Part shown: in pieces, positions 1 through 8,887 of the stretch
How the letters are laid out: every line of letters begins with the position of its first letter
How positions within the stretch are numbered: position 1 is the first letter of the stretch
From: Desulfotalea psychrophila LSv54
Lineage (GTDB): Bacteria; Desulfobacterota; Desulfobulbia; Desulfobulbales; Desulfocapsaceae
DNA: 32,000 nucleotides
Assembly: GCF_000025945.1 (NCBI RefSeq)
Contig: NC_006138.1
Coordinates: 1 to 32,000 of the forward strand
Direction: 5' to 3'
Translations under genes and position numbers: made by a program
Notes under the pieces: model-generated
What the model was told of the DNA's origin: nothing
Seen by the model: the letters and a program-made list of their open reading frames with translations, nothing else
Databases searched by the model: none

Positions 1-65
1 GTCTCTACCTTGGTCTGTGTTTTTAATTTCAGTATAGCCTCATTCTCGCATCTGTTTTTGAGTCC

Positions 66-114
66 TTTACCTAAAAGATCTTTCTCTGTGTTCTCATTTT
101 CCTCTGTGGTTAAC
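66..114. repeat. Intergenic mosaic repeat unit (CTCTGTG...CTCTGTGGTTAAC orientation)
   Basis: The sequence tttacctaaaag...ctctgtgttctcattttcctctgtggttaac uses the same word order as ~40 other copies in the window. It overlaps the 3' end of the methyltransferase CDS. Confidence 0.85.
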
Positions 115-774
115 TTTTTTTAGCTTTTCGCTTCCCTTAATCAGCAAAAAGACATCCCCTCCCACAAGCTGAACCGACGCCTGCAATTTTTTACCAAGCC
201 ACTGAACAGTAGACTCCGAAAAGAAGCAAATATGGGTGGGGTCATTCTTATAGTGCCAATTGGCAAAGAGCTCCTTTGTAAGCACCCGCTTAGTCATCAC
301 AGCCAGCACACCCTCAGGCTTTAAACAGGCCCATAACCGCTCTATCTCCATCCAAGGATCCTGTAGATGTTCAAAGACCTCTGAACTGGTGATAAAATCA
401 TACTGCTCGGCAAAGACCCTTTGATCAGGGGCGTAAATAGGATCATAAATGGCCATTACATGCCCCCTCTCCTCAAAGAGTATGGAGAGAGTCGGCCCCG
501 GCCCGCAACCAAAGTCAAGACCACAGGCACCAGCAGCTATGCGCGCAAGCACAGGTTGCAAGAGACGGGATAAAAACTTTCTGTAACCGGCATCGTCTGG
601 ACTGTTTTGGTGGAGGTCATACTCCCTCTTACTCTCCTGCTGCGAGAGATGAAAGGAGTCTGGGACAAAGACAAGATCGCAGACCGGACAGTGCAGATAC
701 GTCCTGCGCCGGTCACGATGGTAAAAATGGCTTGCGCATTCTTTACAGAGAGGGCACATATCATGGTCTTGCAT
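94..774 (-). CDS. Class I SAM-dependent methyltransferase with N-terminal CxxC...CxxC zinc ribbon
   Basis: ORF 94..795. It has SAM motif I LDFGCGPGP and N-terminal CPLC...CPVC. The ORF-track start at 795 is TTG. The ATG at 772-774 (MQDHDMCPLC) is preceded by GAGG about 6 nt upstream, so it is preferred. Confidence 0.8.
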   Translation of the reverse strand: MQDHDMCPLCKECASHFYHRDRRRTYLHCPVCDLVFVPDSFHLSQQESKREYDLHQNSPDDAGYRKFLSRLLQPVLARIAAGACGLDFGCGPGPTLSILFEERGHVMAIYDPIYAPDQRVFAEQYDFITSSEVFEHLQDPWMEIERLWACLKPEGVLAVMTKRVLTKELFANWHYKNDPTHICFFSESTVQWLGKKLQASVQLVGGDVFLLIKGSEKLKKVNHRGK

Positions 775-809
775 AAAAAACCTCACTAAAAACAAGGGTC
801 AATGAATCT

Positions 810-1634
810 ATGTTACAACATACCTTCTGCCATATATCAGGTCTTGGCGCAAAAACCGAAAAAAAACTCTGGGAAGCTGGCATCCACAACTGGGGGCAAA
901 TCTCCTGTTCCACCGCTGTAAGACTTTCGCCAACCAGCAGAGCTGATCTCGCCCAAACCTTGGAAGAATCGCTTACGGCACTAGAGAACAATCCAAAATA
1001 TTTTACAAAAAAGCTGGCCAGCACGGAAAGTTGGCGAATATTCAACCAGTTCAGAGATCAGTCGGCCTATATTGATATCGAGACCACGGGCCTCAGTGAT
1101 GATGCAGAGATCACCACCATCGCCGTCTATGATGGCAAGAAGATCATGCACTATATCCAGGGACACAACCTTGACGACTTCGTCCGGGATATACGGAGAT
1201 ATAAGGTACTGATCAGCTACAGCGGTACCGGATTTGACCTACCCGTTATCGAAAGATACTTTAAAATCAAACTCGACCATGCCCATATCGACCTGCGCTA
1301 CGTCCTGGCAAGTCTTGGTATCAGAGGCGGTCTGAAGGGATGCGAAAAGCAGATCGGCATTGACCGCGGCGACCTCGATGGCATTAATGGCTGCTTTGCC
1401 ATCACTCTCTGGCGAGCATACCAGCTACAAGGAGATCAGGCTGCCCTGCAAACTCTGGTCGCCTACAATATTGAGGACAGCGTCAACCTTGAACGACTTA
1501 TGGTGGAGGCCTATAACCGCAAGCTACTGGCAACCCCCTTTGCCGCTGAGATGAGCCTACCTAGCCCCAAACTACCTGTCCTACCATTTCAGGCGGACCG
1601 GGATTGCATCAGACGATTAGGCGGCGGGCAGTAG
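810..1634 (+). CDS. RNase H-fold (DEDDy-type) 3'-5' exonuclease-like protein, YprB/COG3359-like
   Basis: The N-terminus ISGLGAKTEKKLWEAGI is HhH-like. Other motifs are YIDIETTGL (Exo I), SGTGFDLPV (Exo II-like) and AYNIEDS (YxxxD, Exo III). It is divergent from the methyltransferase with only ~35 bp between the starts. Confidence 0.75.
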   Translation: MLQHTFCHISGLGAKTEKKLWEAGIHNWGQISCSTAVRLSPTSRADLAQTLEESLTALENNPKYFTKKLASTESWRIFNQFRDQSAYIDIETTGLSDDAEITTIAVYDGKKIMHYIQGHNLDDFVRDIRRYKVLISYSGTGFDLPVIERYFKIKLDHAHIDLRYVLASLGIRGGLKGCEKQIGIDRGDLDGINGCFAITLWRAYQLQGDQAALQTLVAYNIEDSVNLERLMVEAYNRKLLATPFAAEMSLPSPKLPVLPFQADRDCIRRLGGGQ

Positions 1635-1640
1635 TCCAAA

Positions 1641-2564
1641 TCAAAGATCTAACTGCATCCCCTCCCGAGCAAATTCTACCTGCATGGAGAGACTCTGGCA
1701 ATATTTCTCACTAAAAAGATCCAGTTGCGCATCTGTTCGATCCGGATCATGATGAAACAAGACCAACCTCTTCACCCCGGCACGTTCAGCGGCCTGTATC
1801 ACATGCTCTATCGGACTATGTCCCCAGTCCCGACGCATGGTCTCATACTCCTGCTGGGTATACTGAGCATCATGAATGAGCACATCTGCCCCGGCAAAAA
1901 AAGATTCTATGGCCCTGTTCTGCTCTGCGGCAACAAGCTCTCCCTCGTAGGCAAGCATTTCGTCATATTCAGGATCATCGCGATCTGTAACAAAGAGATT
2001 ACGAAATGGTTCTGTATCATAACAGGTACAAAAGACCTTACCGCCATACTCAAAACGATAGCCGAGGGTACTGACAGGATGATTAAGGTATTTAGTGGTA
2101 AGTTGAAGTCCACGCCCCATATCAAGCCGAGAGATCTCTTGCAGGGAGCGATAATTAATATGGGAAGAGAGCTCCCCCACATTTACGGGAAAATAACGAT
2201 ACTTCATCTGCCCCCCCACCACATCTTCCAGGGAGTTTTCCTCATAGGATACGGGGCCATAGACATTCATTCTTGTTGTTGGCAAATATATGGGGGCAAA
2301 GAAAGGAAAGCCCATTATATGATCCCAATGGGTATGGGAAAGAAAGAGGTCTAGAGAGAGACTACCCCGGGGTACATCCGCATTCATCAAGGCGTTGCCC
2401 AGGGCCCGAATCCCGGAACCTGCATCTATCACCACCAACCTGTTTTCCAGACCAACGCGCAACTCTATACAGGCACCATTACCACCATATTTCTGGGTGG
2501 TCCTACCCGGACAGGGAATCGAGCCACGCACTCCCCATAACTTTACTGTAAATGTTTCCGCCAT
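1641..2564 (-). CDS. MBL-fold metallo-hydrolase
   Basis: It has the HxHxDH motif (SHTHWDH) after VVIDAGSGIRALG, and the N-terminus KLWGVRGSIP is typical of the PhnP/cyclic-nucleotide phosphodiesterase-like MBL subgroup. Confidence 0.8.
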   Translation of the reverse strand: MAETFTVKLWGVRGSIPCPGRTTQKYGGNGACIELRVGLENRLVVIDAGSGIRALGNALMNADVPRGSLSLDLFLSHTHWDHIMGFPFFAPIYLPTTRMNVYGPVSYEENSLEDVVGGQMKYRYFPVNVGELSSHINYRSLQEISRLDMGRGLQLTTKYLNHPVSTLGYRFEYGGKVFCTCYDTEPFRNLFVTDRDDPEYDEMLAYEGELVAAEQNRAIESFFAGADVLIHDAQYTQQEYETMRRDWGHSPIEHVIQAAERAGVKRLVLFHHDPDRTDAQLDLFSEKYCQSLSMQVEFAREGMQLDL

Positions 2565-2604
2565 CCCTCACCAAGTCCCCAATAAGCCAATCCCAAGCAA
2601 GAGG

Positions 2605-3453
2605 CTATACCTGTAAAAAGATCTTGGCCCGCTCTATTTCAACCAAGACATTCTCTCCCATCTGGACCAACTGATCCCAATCAAAACCAAGCCGAACCAG
2701 AAGTTCATCTCGCCTCTGAAGATCGGGATAGGCATTACCGGCGGAGCCATATCCCATACAGTTGATATACAGATCGGCAAGACTTACCAGAGCTATCCGC
2801 TCATCACAACCCCGATGATCGAAATCATGATGGTGCGAAATACAGTCCGTTAAAAAGGAGTTAAATTTCCATTTCTGAGCAATCATCTCTCCAACATATT
2901 GATGAGTTATACCAAAAACCTCCTGTTCCACCTCGATCAGTGGAATCTGCTTCTCCTCAATAAGTTCCAGCACCTGCAAATAATCATCGGCGAAGGGGAT
3001 TTTGCCCAAATCATGAAGCAAACCTGCGAAAAAGAGTTCCTCTCTCTGCATAAGATCAAGGTCTTGCAAACCACCAAACATCTTGGCGGCAACGGCAACG
3101 CCCAGACTATGAACCCAAAATTGCTCCATGGAAAGGGCACTTTTTTTTCGCGCATGACCAACAAGGGCAATGGCAGCAGTACTCAGGGCCATATTCTTGA
3201 CAGTATTCATCCCCAACATGGTAATCGCCCGGGGCAGAGAGGTCACCTGGTTTACCAGAGAGTAATAGGCAGAATTAATCAACTTCAAGACCTGACCGGT
3301 GAGAACAGGGTCAAGAGAAATAACCTTACAAAGCTCATTGGGGGAGGCATTCGTCTTGCTACAGACCTGAAGTACCTTACCAACCGTTGTCGACATAGAA
3401 GGCATATGGTCAATAAATTTCGTGATTTTCAACTGTTGTTTGCTTTTTTCCAT
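2605..3453 (-). CDS. HDOD domain-containing signalling protein
   Basis: The HDOD signature is present: MPSMSTTVGKVLQV...ISLDPVLTGQVLKLINSAYYSL...ITMLGMNTVKNMAL, followed by LLHDLGK. Confidence 0.8.
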   Translation of the reverse strand: MEKSKQQLKITKFIDHMPSMSTTVGKVLQVCSKTNASPNELCKVISLDPVLTGQVLKLINSAYYSLVNQVTSLPRAITMLGMNTVKNMALSTAAIALVGHARKKSALSMEQFWVHSLGVAVAAKMFGGLQDLDLMQREELFFAGLLHDLGKIPFADDYLQVLELIEEKQIPLIEVEQEVFGITHQYVGEMIAQKWKFNSFLTDCISHHHDFDHRGCDERIALVSLADLYINCMGYGSAGNAYPDLQRRDELLVRLGFDWDQLVQMGENVLVEIERAKIFLQV

Positions 3454-3523
3454 CTCTATAAAACCGTATTCAAGTGTAGTAGCACATCAGAGATGCGCTT
3501 ATTCGAGCTAAGGCCTTAGCCAA

Positions 3524-4294
3524 TTAAAGATCGTTTCTCTTATGGAACTCCACTGCCTCGGCATAGGAGATCAGGCTCCCGCCAAATATATCAAGAGCGC
3601 TACCAATAGTGGCATCAATTCGGCCCCTGCCAAGCTCGGCAATGGCCTGCAAATCCTCCACGCCACGGATACCACCAGCATAGGTTGTGGCAATGGGGCT
3701 CCAATCTGCTAACTTCAGGACCAAATCACGCTCAATTCCTTCACACTTACCCTCCACATCGGCCGCATGCAGAAGAAATTCATCACAACAAGAGGCAAGT
3801 CGTTCCAGCACCTCTGGTACAACCTGCACCTCGGTAAACTTCTGCCATCTATCGGTGACAATAAAATAGTCATCACCTCGCCGCCGACAACTCAGATCAA
3901 GCACCAGACGTTTCTTACCCACTCGACGGACAAGATCCGCCAAGCGTCCTTCATCTATCTGACCATTAGAAAATACCCAGGAGGTAACAATCACATGCGA
4001 TGCGCCCAGATCGAGCCAATCACAGGCATTATCATAGTTAATGCCTCCGCCAATTTGCATACCTCCGGGCCAGGCGGCAAGGGCAGATTTTGCGGCGTCA
4101 TCATTGCCCGGACCTAGCTTGATAATATGACCACCCCTCAAATCATCCTGCCGATAGAGGTTGGCAAACCAGCTGGCAGGCTTATCTGCCGTATAATTTG
4201 TTTGAAGTTGGGACGGTTCTACATCGGATAGGGTCGAGCCAACAATCTGTTTCACTTGACCATTATGTAGGTCTATGCATGGTCGAAATTTCAC
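3524..4294 (-). CDS. hisA: Phosphoribosylformimino-5-aminoimidazole carboxamide ribotide isomerase, eukaryote-type (His6-like) HisA
   Basis: The N-terminus MKFRPCIDLHNGQVKQIVG closely resembles the His6/HisA-euk family. It has a TIM-barrel phosphate-binding tail YAGGIRGVEDL...IGSALDIFGG. The start is GTG with AAGAGGA upstream. Confidence 0.8.
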   Translation of the reverse strand: MKFRPCIDLHNGQVKQIVGSTLSDVEPSQLQTNYTADKPASWFANLYRQDDLRGGHIIKLGPGNDDAAKSALAAWPGGMQIGGGINYDNACDWLDLGASHVIVTSWVFSNGQIDEGRLADLVRRVGKKRLVLDLSCRRRGDDYFIVTDRWQKFTEVQVVPEVLERLASCCDEFLLHAADVEGKCEGIERDLVLKLADWSPIATTYAGGIRGVEDLQAIAELGRGRIDATIGSALDIFGGSLISYAEAVEFHKRNDL

Positions 4295-4384
4295 AAAAAA
4301 GATCCTCTTTGATCAACAGATAAATTAACATTTAATAAATTGCGTAAGATACAAGATCCGTCCCATAGTAACAAGAAAAAAGAC

Positions 4385-4484
4385 AGATACGAAGGGCAAG
4401 GACAAGAAAGCAGTTAACCACAGAGAAGGAGAGAACACAGAGAAGAACATTTTAGATAAAGAGCAAAAAACCTGAAGCTGTCAG
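4385..4484. repeat. Intergenic mosaic repeat unit (GTTAACCACAGAG orientation)
   Basis: In order: agatacga, gttaaccacagagaaggagagaacacagag (4413-4443), ttttagataaag (4450-4461) and agctgtcag (4476-4484). Confidence 0.85.
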
Positions 4485-4508
4485 AAAGGATAGAACCAAA
4501 AAGATAAA

Positions 4509-4568
4509 GCAGTGGCAGTGGCTTTTTACCAAAAAACCTCTGTGCTCTCTATGATCTCTGTGGTTAAC
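4509..4568. repeat. Intergenic mosaic repeat unit (inverse orientation), dyad partner of 4385-4484
   Basis: The sequence gcagtggcagtggctttttaccaaaaaacctctgtgctctctatgatctctgtggttaac has a core that is the reverse complement of the core at 4413-4443. Confidence 0.85.
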
Positions 4569-4680
4569 TTTTTTTTACAGTTTTTTGTCGCGACACAAAA
4601 AAGGGACAGAACCCATCAGGTCCCGTCCCGCATCATAACGCAAAAAAACAACCCATCTCCACACTCACCGCCTAGCGGTC

Positions 4681-4850
4681 AAGCATAGCGGAATGGCGAA
4701 CCTTTAGCTGTAAAGCGCTAGCCATTTCAGATTTATGCTTTACTACTTTTTAATTAATTTGCTCTGTGTACTCTGTGGTCTCTGTGGTTAACTTTTTTCG
4801 TTTTTAACTAACAGCTGACAGCTGTAGTTATCTTAAAGCTGACAGCTCAA
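4681..4850. repeat. Intergenic mosaic repeat block
   Basis: In order: aagcatagcggaatggcga, ttaattaatt, ctctgtgtactctgtggtctctgtggttaac (4762-4792), then aacagctgacagctgtag...aagctgacagct words. Confidence 0.8.
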
Positions 4851-4853
4851 TTC

Positions 4854-5543
4854 TTATCCCTGCTGCAGAAGCATAGTGGCAGGATTAACGGTCAGAACAG
4901 CACCAGGCTGGACGGCACATGGTCCACATTTAAGAACCTTCAACTTAATTTCTTTTTCTTCTGGATCAATAAGGAACACTGTTTCAAAGAGGTCTTCAAC
5001 TTCATGACATGGGGCAGGAATACCTTGGGCACTTAAACGTTCATCATCTCGATGACAGAGGGCGCTAAACCACATCATCTTAATACCTGTCTCTTCAGCA
5101 AAGGCACGTAGGGACTCTAATAGCGCACGGTCGGATTCAATAAAATCAAAGCCATCAATCACCAGACAATCCGCTTGGAACTTACCCTGCTGTCGTAAAT
5201 CGTCGATACGTTTGGCCAGAACGGCCTGGGAGAATTCACCTTCCTGGAAGGTCATGATCATACGCCTTGCCATTAAATTCCTGACATTCTGCGCATCTAA
5301 CTTGAGGAGTGTAACAATGTCATTATACCAGGCCCTCGTCTTTTCAAGACCTGTACCGATCGAAACATGAAGAACATTATTGCCGTTCATCATAAAATCA
5401 AGTGCAAACTGGACAAGAACTGCGGTTTTACCAATCCCAGCCCGGGACATAACCAAACCCATAGACTGAAAGCCATCACCCTTCTTGCTGTCCAAACCGA
5501 TTACCCTAAGTGGGTTTATTACATTCTCTTCTGAACTTTCCAT
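4854..5543 (-). CDS. Small RecA-superfamily (DnaB-C/KaiC-like) P-loop ATPase, function unknown
   Basis: It has a Walker A-like SRAGIGKTAVLVQFAL and a Walker B-like ADCLVIDGFDFI. The ATG at 5541-5543 (MESSEENV) is preceded by AGAGGGGG. The ORF-track start at 5579 is less likely. It lies on the same strand, ~120 bp downstream of fusA. Confidence 0.5.
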   Translation of the reverse strand: MESSEENVINPLRVIGLDSKKGDGFQSMGLVMSRAGIGKTAVLVQFALDFMMNGNNVLHVSIGTGLEKTRAWYNDIVTLLKLDAQNVRNLMARRMIMTFQEGEFSQAVLAKRIDDLRQQGKFQADCLVIDGFDFIESDRALLESLRAFAEETGIKMMWFSALCHRDDERLSAQGIPAPCHEVEDLFETVFLIDPEEKEIKLKVLKCGPCAVQPGAVLTVNPATMLLQQG

Positions 5544-5590
5544 GGCAGCCCCCTCTTTTCTGTTTGTCTTTAACAACATACAATGCAGGC

Positions 5591-5634
5591 AGTTATCCTA
5601 TCAGGTCTAACAAAAAAACCATGATAGGATAACT
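5591..5634 (-). other. Perfect 13-bp stem hairpin between fusA and the ATPase gene
   Basis: The arm agttatcctatca (5591-5603) pairs with tgataggataact (5622-5634) around an 18-nt loop. No U-tract follows it on the minus strand, so it is not a canonical intrinsic terminator. It may be an attenuator or processing site. Confidence 0.4.
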
Positions 5635-5661
5635 TCAGAGTAGCCGGTTACTGCAATTTTA

Positions 5662-7749
5662 TCAACCGTTCTTACGCTCTTCCTCGTGGGCTTTGATCAA
5701 ATTATCACCAACGGTCTTTGGAACAGGCTTGAAGTTTGCGAACTCCATGGTGAACTCTGCTTTACCCTGAGTAAGGGAACGAAGAGTGGTAGAATAACCG
5801 AACATTTCAGAAAGAGGCACCTCTGCTTCAATCACAGAATATGTACCTTCTTCGTTAGAACCAATGATCATACCACGACGCTGGTTGATGGATCCCATAA
5901 CAGCACCTTGGAATTCAGAAGGACCTTCAACGCTTACCTTCATGATTGGTTCCATGATAACAGGCTTAGCCTTCATGTAACCATCTTTAAACGCACCAAC
6001 AGATGCAATTTGGAAGGCAACATCGGAGGAATCAACTGCATGAAAAGAACCGTCATTGATAACACAACGAACGCCGGTAATTCCTGCACCACAGAGATGA
6101 CCTTTCACCAGAGACTTTTGGAAACCTTTGTCACAGGAGCTGATAAATTCACGAGGAATTGCTCCACCAACAATCTTATCAACAAATTCGTAATCGCCCT
6201 CATCGAGAGGCTCCATATAACCTGCAACACGACCGAACTGACCAGTACCACCAGTCTGCTTCTTGTGGGTGTAGTTGAACTCAGCACGCTGAGTAATGGT
6301 CTCACGATAAGAAACCTGAGGCTTACCTACTTCAACTTCAGCAGCATACTCACGCTTCATACGCTCAACGTATACTTCCAAGTGAAGCTCACCCATACCG
6401 CTGATGATGGTCTCATTGGTCTCGTGGTCAACGAAGGTACGAAAGGTAGGATCTTCCTTGGTGAAACGGTTGAGAGCCTTGGACATGTTAATTTGAGCTT
6501 TGTTATCTATGGGCTTAATAGAAAGGGAAATTACAGGCTCAGGCACATGCATAGAGGTCATGGAACAGTTTACTGCATCATTGGTGAAGGTATCACCGGA
6601 AGCACAGTCAACACCGAAGAGGGCAACGATATCGCCAGAGCCCACGCCATCAATCTCTTCCATCTCATCGGAGTGCATACGACAGAGACGACCGATTTTC
6701 ACCTTACGACCGGTACGACGATTGTATACGGTATCGCCCTTGGTCAACTGCCCCTGATAGGTACGTACATAGGTCAACTGACCATAACGACCATCTTCAA
6801 GTTTGAAGGCAAGCATGATAAGAGGATCTTCATCATTGTTGGTTACCGCAAACTCAGTTTCCTCGTTATCAAGGTCAAGACCAATATTCTCAACATCGGT
6901 AGGACATGGGAGATAGGTCTCAACGGCATCAAGAAGCGCCTGAACGCCCTTATTCTTATAGGCAGAGCCCATGAATACAGGGGTGAATTCAAGAGCGATA
7001 GTTCCCTGACGAACAGCCTTATAGATAAGATCGATATCAACATTCTCGCTATCCTCAAGAAGTGCTTCCATCAGCTCTTCTGAGAACATGGAGATCTCTT
7101 CAAGAAGAGTTTCACGCTTCTCTGTTGCCTCATCGAGCATCTCAGCAGGAATATCTGTGATACGAATCTCATCGCCATTCTCGCCTTCATAATAAACGGC
7201 TTTCATGGTCACAAGATCAACCATACCAACAAGATCACCTTCAAGACCAATTGGCATCTGCATCATATGTGCATTCAGTTGCAATTTTTCCTGAAGCTGT
7301 CCGGTTACCTTGGCTGGATTGGCGCCGGTACGATCACACTTATTGATAAAAGCAATACGTGGAACATTGTAACGAGTCATCTGACGGTTAACGGTAATAG
7401 ACTGAGACTGAACTCCACCAACGGAGCAAAGTACCAGTACCGCGCCATCAAGTACACGAAGTGCACGCTCTACCTCTACGGTAAAGTCAACATGGCCAGG
7501 AGTATCGATAATATTAATATCAGTACCCTTCCAGTTACAGAAAGTTGCGGCAGACTGAATGGTAATTCCGCGCTCTTTTTCAAGCTCCATGGAATCCATC
7601 TTGGCACCAACTCCATCCTTACCACGTACTTCGTGGATTGCATGAATTCGGTCTGTATAAAAAAGAATACGCTCAGTCAGAGTCGTCTTCCCAGAGTCAA
7701 TATGGGCACTGATACCAATATTACGAACTTTTGATAAATCTTTACTCAT
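5662..7749 (-). CDS. fusA: Elongation factor G (mitochondrial/spd-like subfamily)
   Basis: It has G1 [17 protein letters not shown] and NKCDR motifs and full EF-G length (695 aa). The N-terminal segment [26 protein letters not shown] resembles mtEF-G1-type factors. It is not in an rpsL-rpsG-fusA-tuf context here. Confidence 0.95.
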   Translation of the reverse strand: MSKDLSKVRNIGISAHIDSGKTTLTERILFYTDRIHAIHEVRGKDGVGAKMDSMELEKERGITIQSAATFCNWKGTDINIIDTPGHVDFTVEVERALRVLDGAVLVLCSVGGVQSQSITVNRQMTRYNVPRIAFINKCDRTGANPAKVTGQLQEKLQLNAHMMQMPIGLEGDLVGMVDLVTMKAVYYEGENGDEIRITDIPAEMLDEATEKRETLLEEISMFSEELMEALLEDSENVDIDLIYKAVRQGTIALEFTPVFMGSAYKNKGVQALLDAVETYLPCPTDVENIGLDLDNEETEFAVTNNDEDPLIMLAFKLEDGRYGQLTYVRTYQGQLTKGDTVYNRRTGRKVKIGRLCRMHSDEMEEIDGVGSGDIVALFGVDCASGDTFTNDAVNCSMTSMHVPEPVISLSIKPIDNKAQINMSKALNRFTKEDPTFRTFVDHETNETIISGMGELHLEVYVERMKREYAAEVEVGKPQVSYRETITQRAEFNYTHKKQTGGTGQFGRVAGYMEPLDEGDYEFVDKIVGGAIPREFISSCDKGFQKSLVKGHLCGAGITGVRCVINDGSFHAVDSSDVAFQIASVGAFKDGYMKAKPVIMEPIMKVSVEGPSEFQGAVMGSINQRRGMIIGSNEEGTYSVIEAEVPLSEMFGYSTTLRSLTQGKAEFTMEFANFKPVPKTVGDNLIKAHEEERKNG

Positions 7750-8055
7750 GGCTTGCTGTCCTCTAGCAACCGGCCCGGCCGGCTCTTCTCTAGGCTTTGA
7801 GAAAATAAAAAATGAGATACCACTGATTTGTAGTTCTCATCACCCCTTCCAGCACAACGCTAGAAGCTCACTTATAGTGGCAATATTAACATAAAACCAC
7901 CGCTTTTACCTTATAATGAACCGCATAGAATACACCGCAATTCCTTTCTGCGCTATAAAAAAAGAAATATATTTTTGCTTTTTTACTCCGCAAAGATGCG
8001 CCCGTCCGCCATTTTTTCTCCAAATGAAAAGAGAAGGAAGGCAAAGAAAAGAACA

Positions 8056-8086
8056 GTTAACCACAGAGGAAGGAGAGTACACAGAG
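8056..8086. repeat. Mosaic repeat core (GTTAACCACAGAG orientation)
   Basis: The core gttaaccacagaggaaggagagtacacagag forms the left arm of the 7750-8887 spacer. Confidence 0.85.
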
Positions 8087-8212
8087 AAAAACAGCTCTAA
8101 GTAAACTGCTTTGTGAACACAAAGAGGACTTTTTAGGTGAAAAACAAATGCAAAAAAGAACAGCCACAAAAACACCCCCACCCCTATGTGGCAGTAACAG
8201 TTTACAAAAAAT

Positions 8213-8850
8213 CTCTGTGATCTCGGTTCCAGTGGTTAACTGCTTTTTAGCTTTTTAATTAATTCCCTCTGTGTACTCTGTGATCCTGCGTTTAGTGCTT
8301 ATAGCTGGTTTCTCTGCTATTTTTTCGCTTTTTCTAGCATCCGCCACTCCGCGGTGCTCCACTGCTCATATCTAGCATCTTTTTTCTGTCTCTGTGATCT
8401 CGGCTCCAGTGGTTAACTGCTTTTTAGCTTTTTAGCTCTTTAGCTTCTTAATTAATTCCCTCTGTGTACTCTGCGATCCTGCGTTTAGTGCTTATAGCTG
8501 GGTTCTCTGATATTTTTTTCGGTGTTTCTAGCATCCGCCGCTCCGCGGTGCTCCACTGCTCATATCTAGCATCTTTTTTCTGTCTCTGTGATCTCGGCTC
8601 CAGTGGTTAACTGCTTTTTAGCTTTTTAGCTTTTTAATTAATTCCCTCTGTGTACTCTGTGATCCTGCGTTTAGTGCTTATAGCTGGTTTCTCTGCTATT
8701 TTTTTCGCTTTTTCTAGCATCCGCCACTCCGCGGTGCTCCACTGCTCATATCTAGCATCTTTTTTCTGTCTCTGTGCTCTTCAGCCAGTGGTTAACTGCT
8801 TTTTAGCTTTTTAATTAATTCCCTCTGTGTACTCTGTGATCCTGTGGTTA
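8213..8850 (+). repeat. Tandem array of a ~177-194-bp composite unit, 3 full copies plus a partial fourth
   Basis: Units start at 8213, 8390, 8584 and 8770 (partial). Each reads ctctgtgatctcggYtccagtggttaac-tgctttttagc-ttaattaattccctctgtgtactctgtgatcctgcgtttagtgcttatagctgg-...-ttctagcatccgccactccgcggtgctccactgctcatatctagcatc. Copies are >90% identical by eye and differ mainly by short indels of tagcttttt. Confidence 0.9.
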
Positions 8851-8887
8851 GAGCTACCCTCTAACTGCTAGTCTTTCCTGATGGTCC

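Noticed and set aside
4581-4629. Near-palindrome ttttttgtcgcgacacaaaaaa plus gggac...gtccc hairpin as a bidirectional terminator
   Set aside because: The stems are short or AT-rich, and the U/A runs are part of the stem rather than trailing it. It is ~225 bp from the nearest stop codon. This is not enough to call a terminator.
5686-7083. 465-aa ORF on the plus strand
   Set aside because: It is entirely antisense to the well-supported fusA CDS and has a low-complexity composition typical of a shadow ORF. The same applies to 1725..2354, 2899..3519, 13089..13550, 21100..21594, 22662..23240 and 25695..26171, which are antisense to clear genes.
7750-8055. Sigma-70 or sigma-54 promoter for fusA, and similar attempts upstream of gmd and galE
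   Set aside because: I could not find a -35/-10 pair with proper spacing or a GG-N10-GC element by eye. The TGGCAG motifs at 8190 and 26735 lack the -12 GC. No promoter is reported.
8213-8850. Possible CRISPR array (regularly spaced repeats upstream of an unknown ORF)
   Set aside because: The whole ~185-bp unit repeats, with no unique spacers between short repeats. Unit length is far outside CRISPR repeat or spacer sizes, and no cas genes are present in the window.
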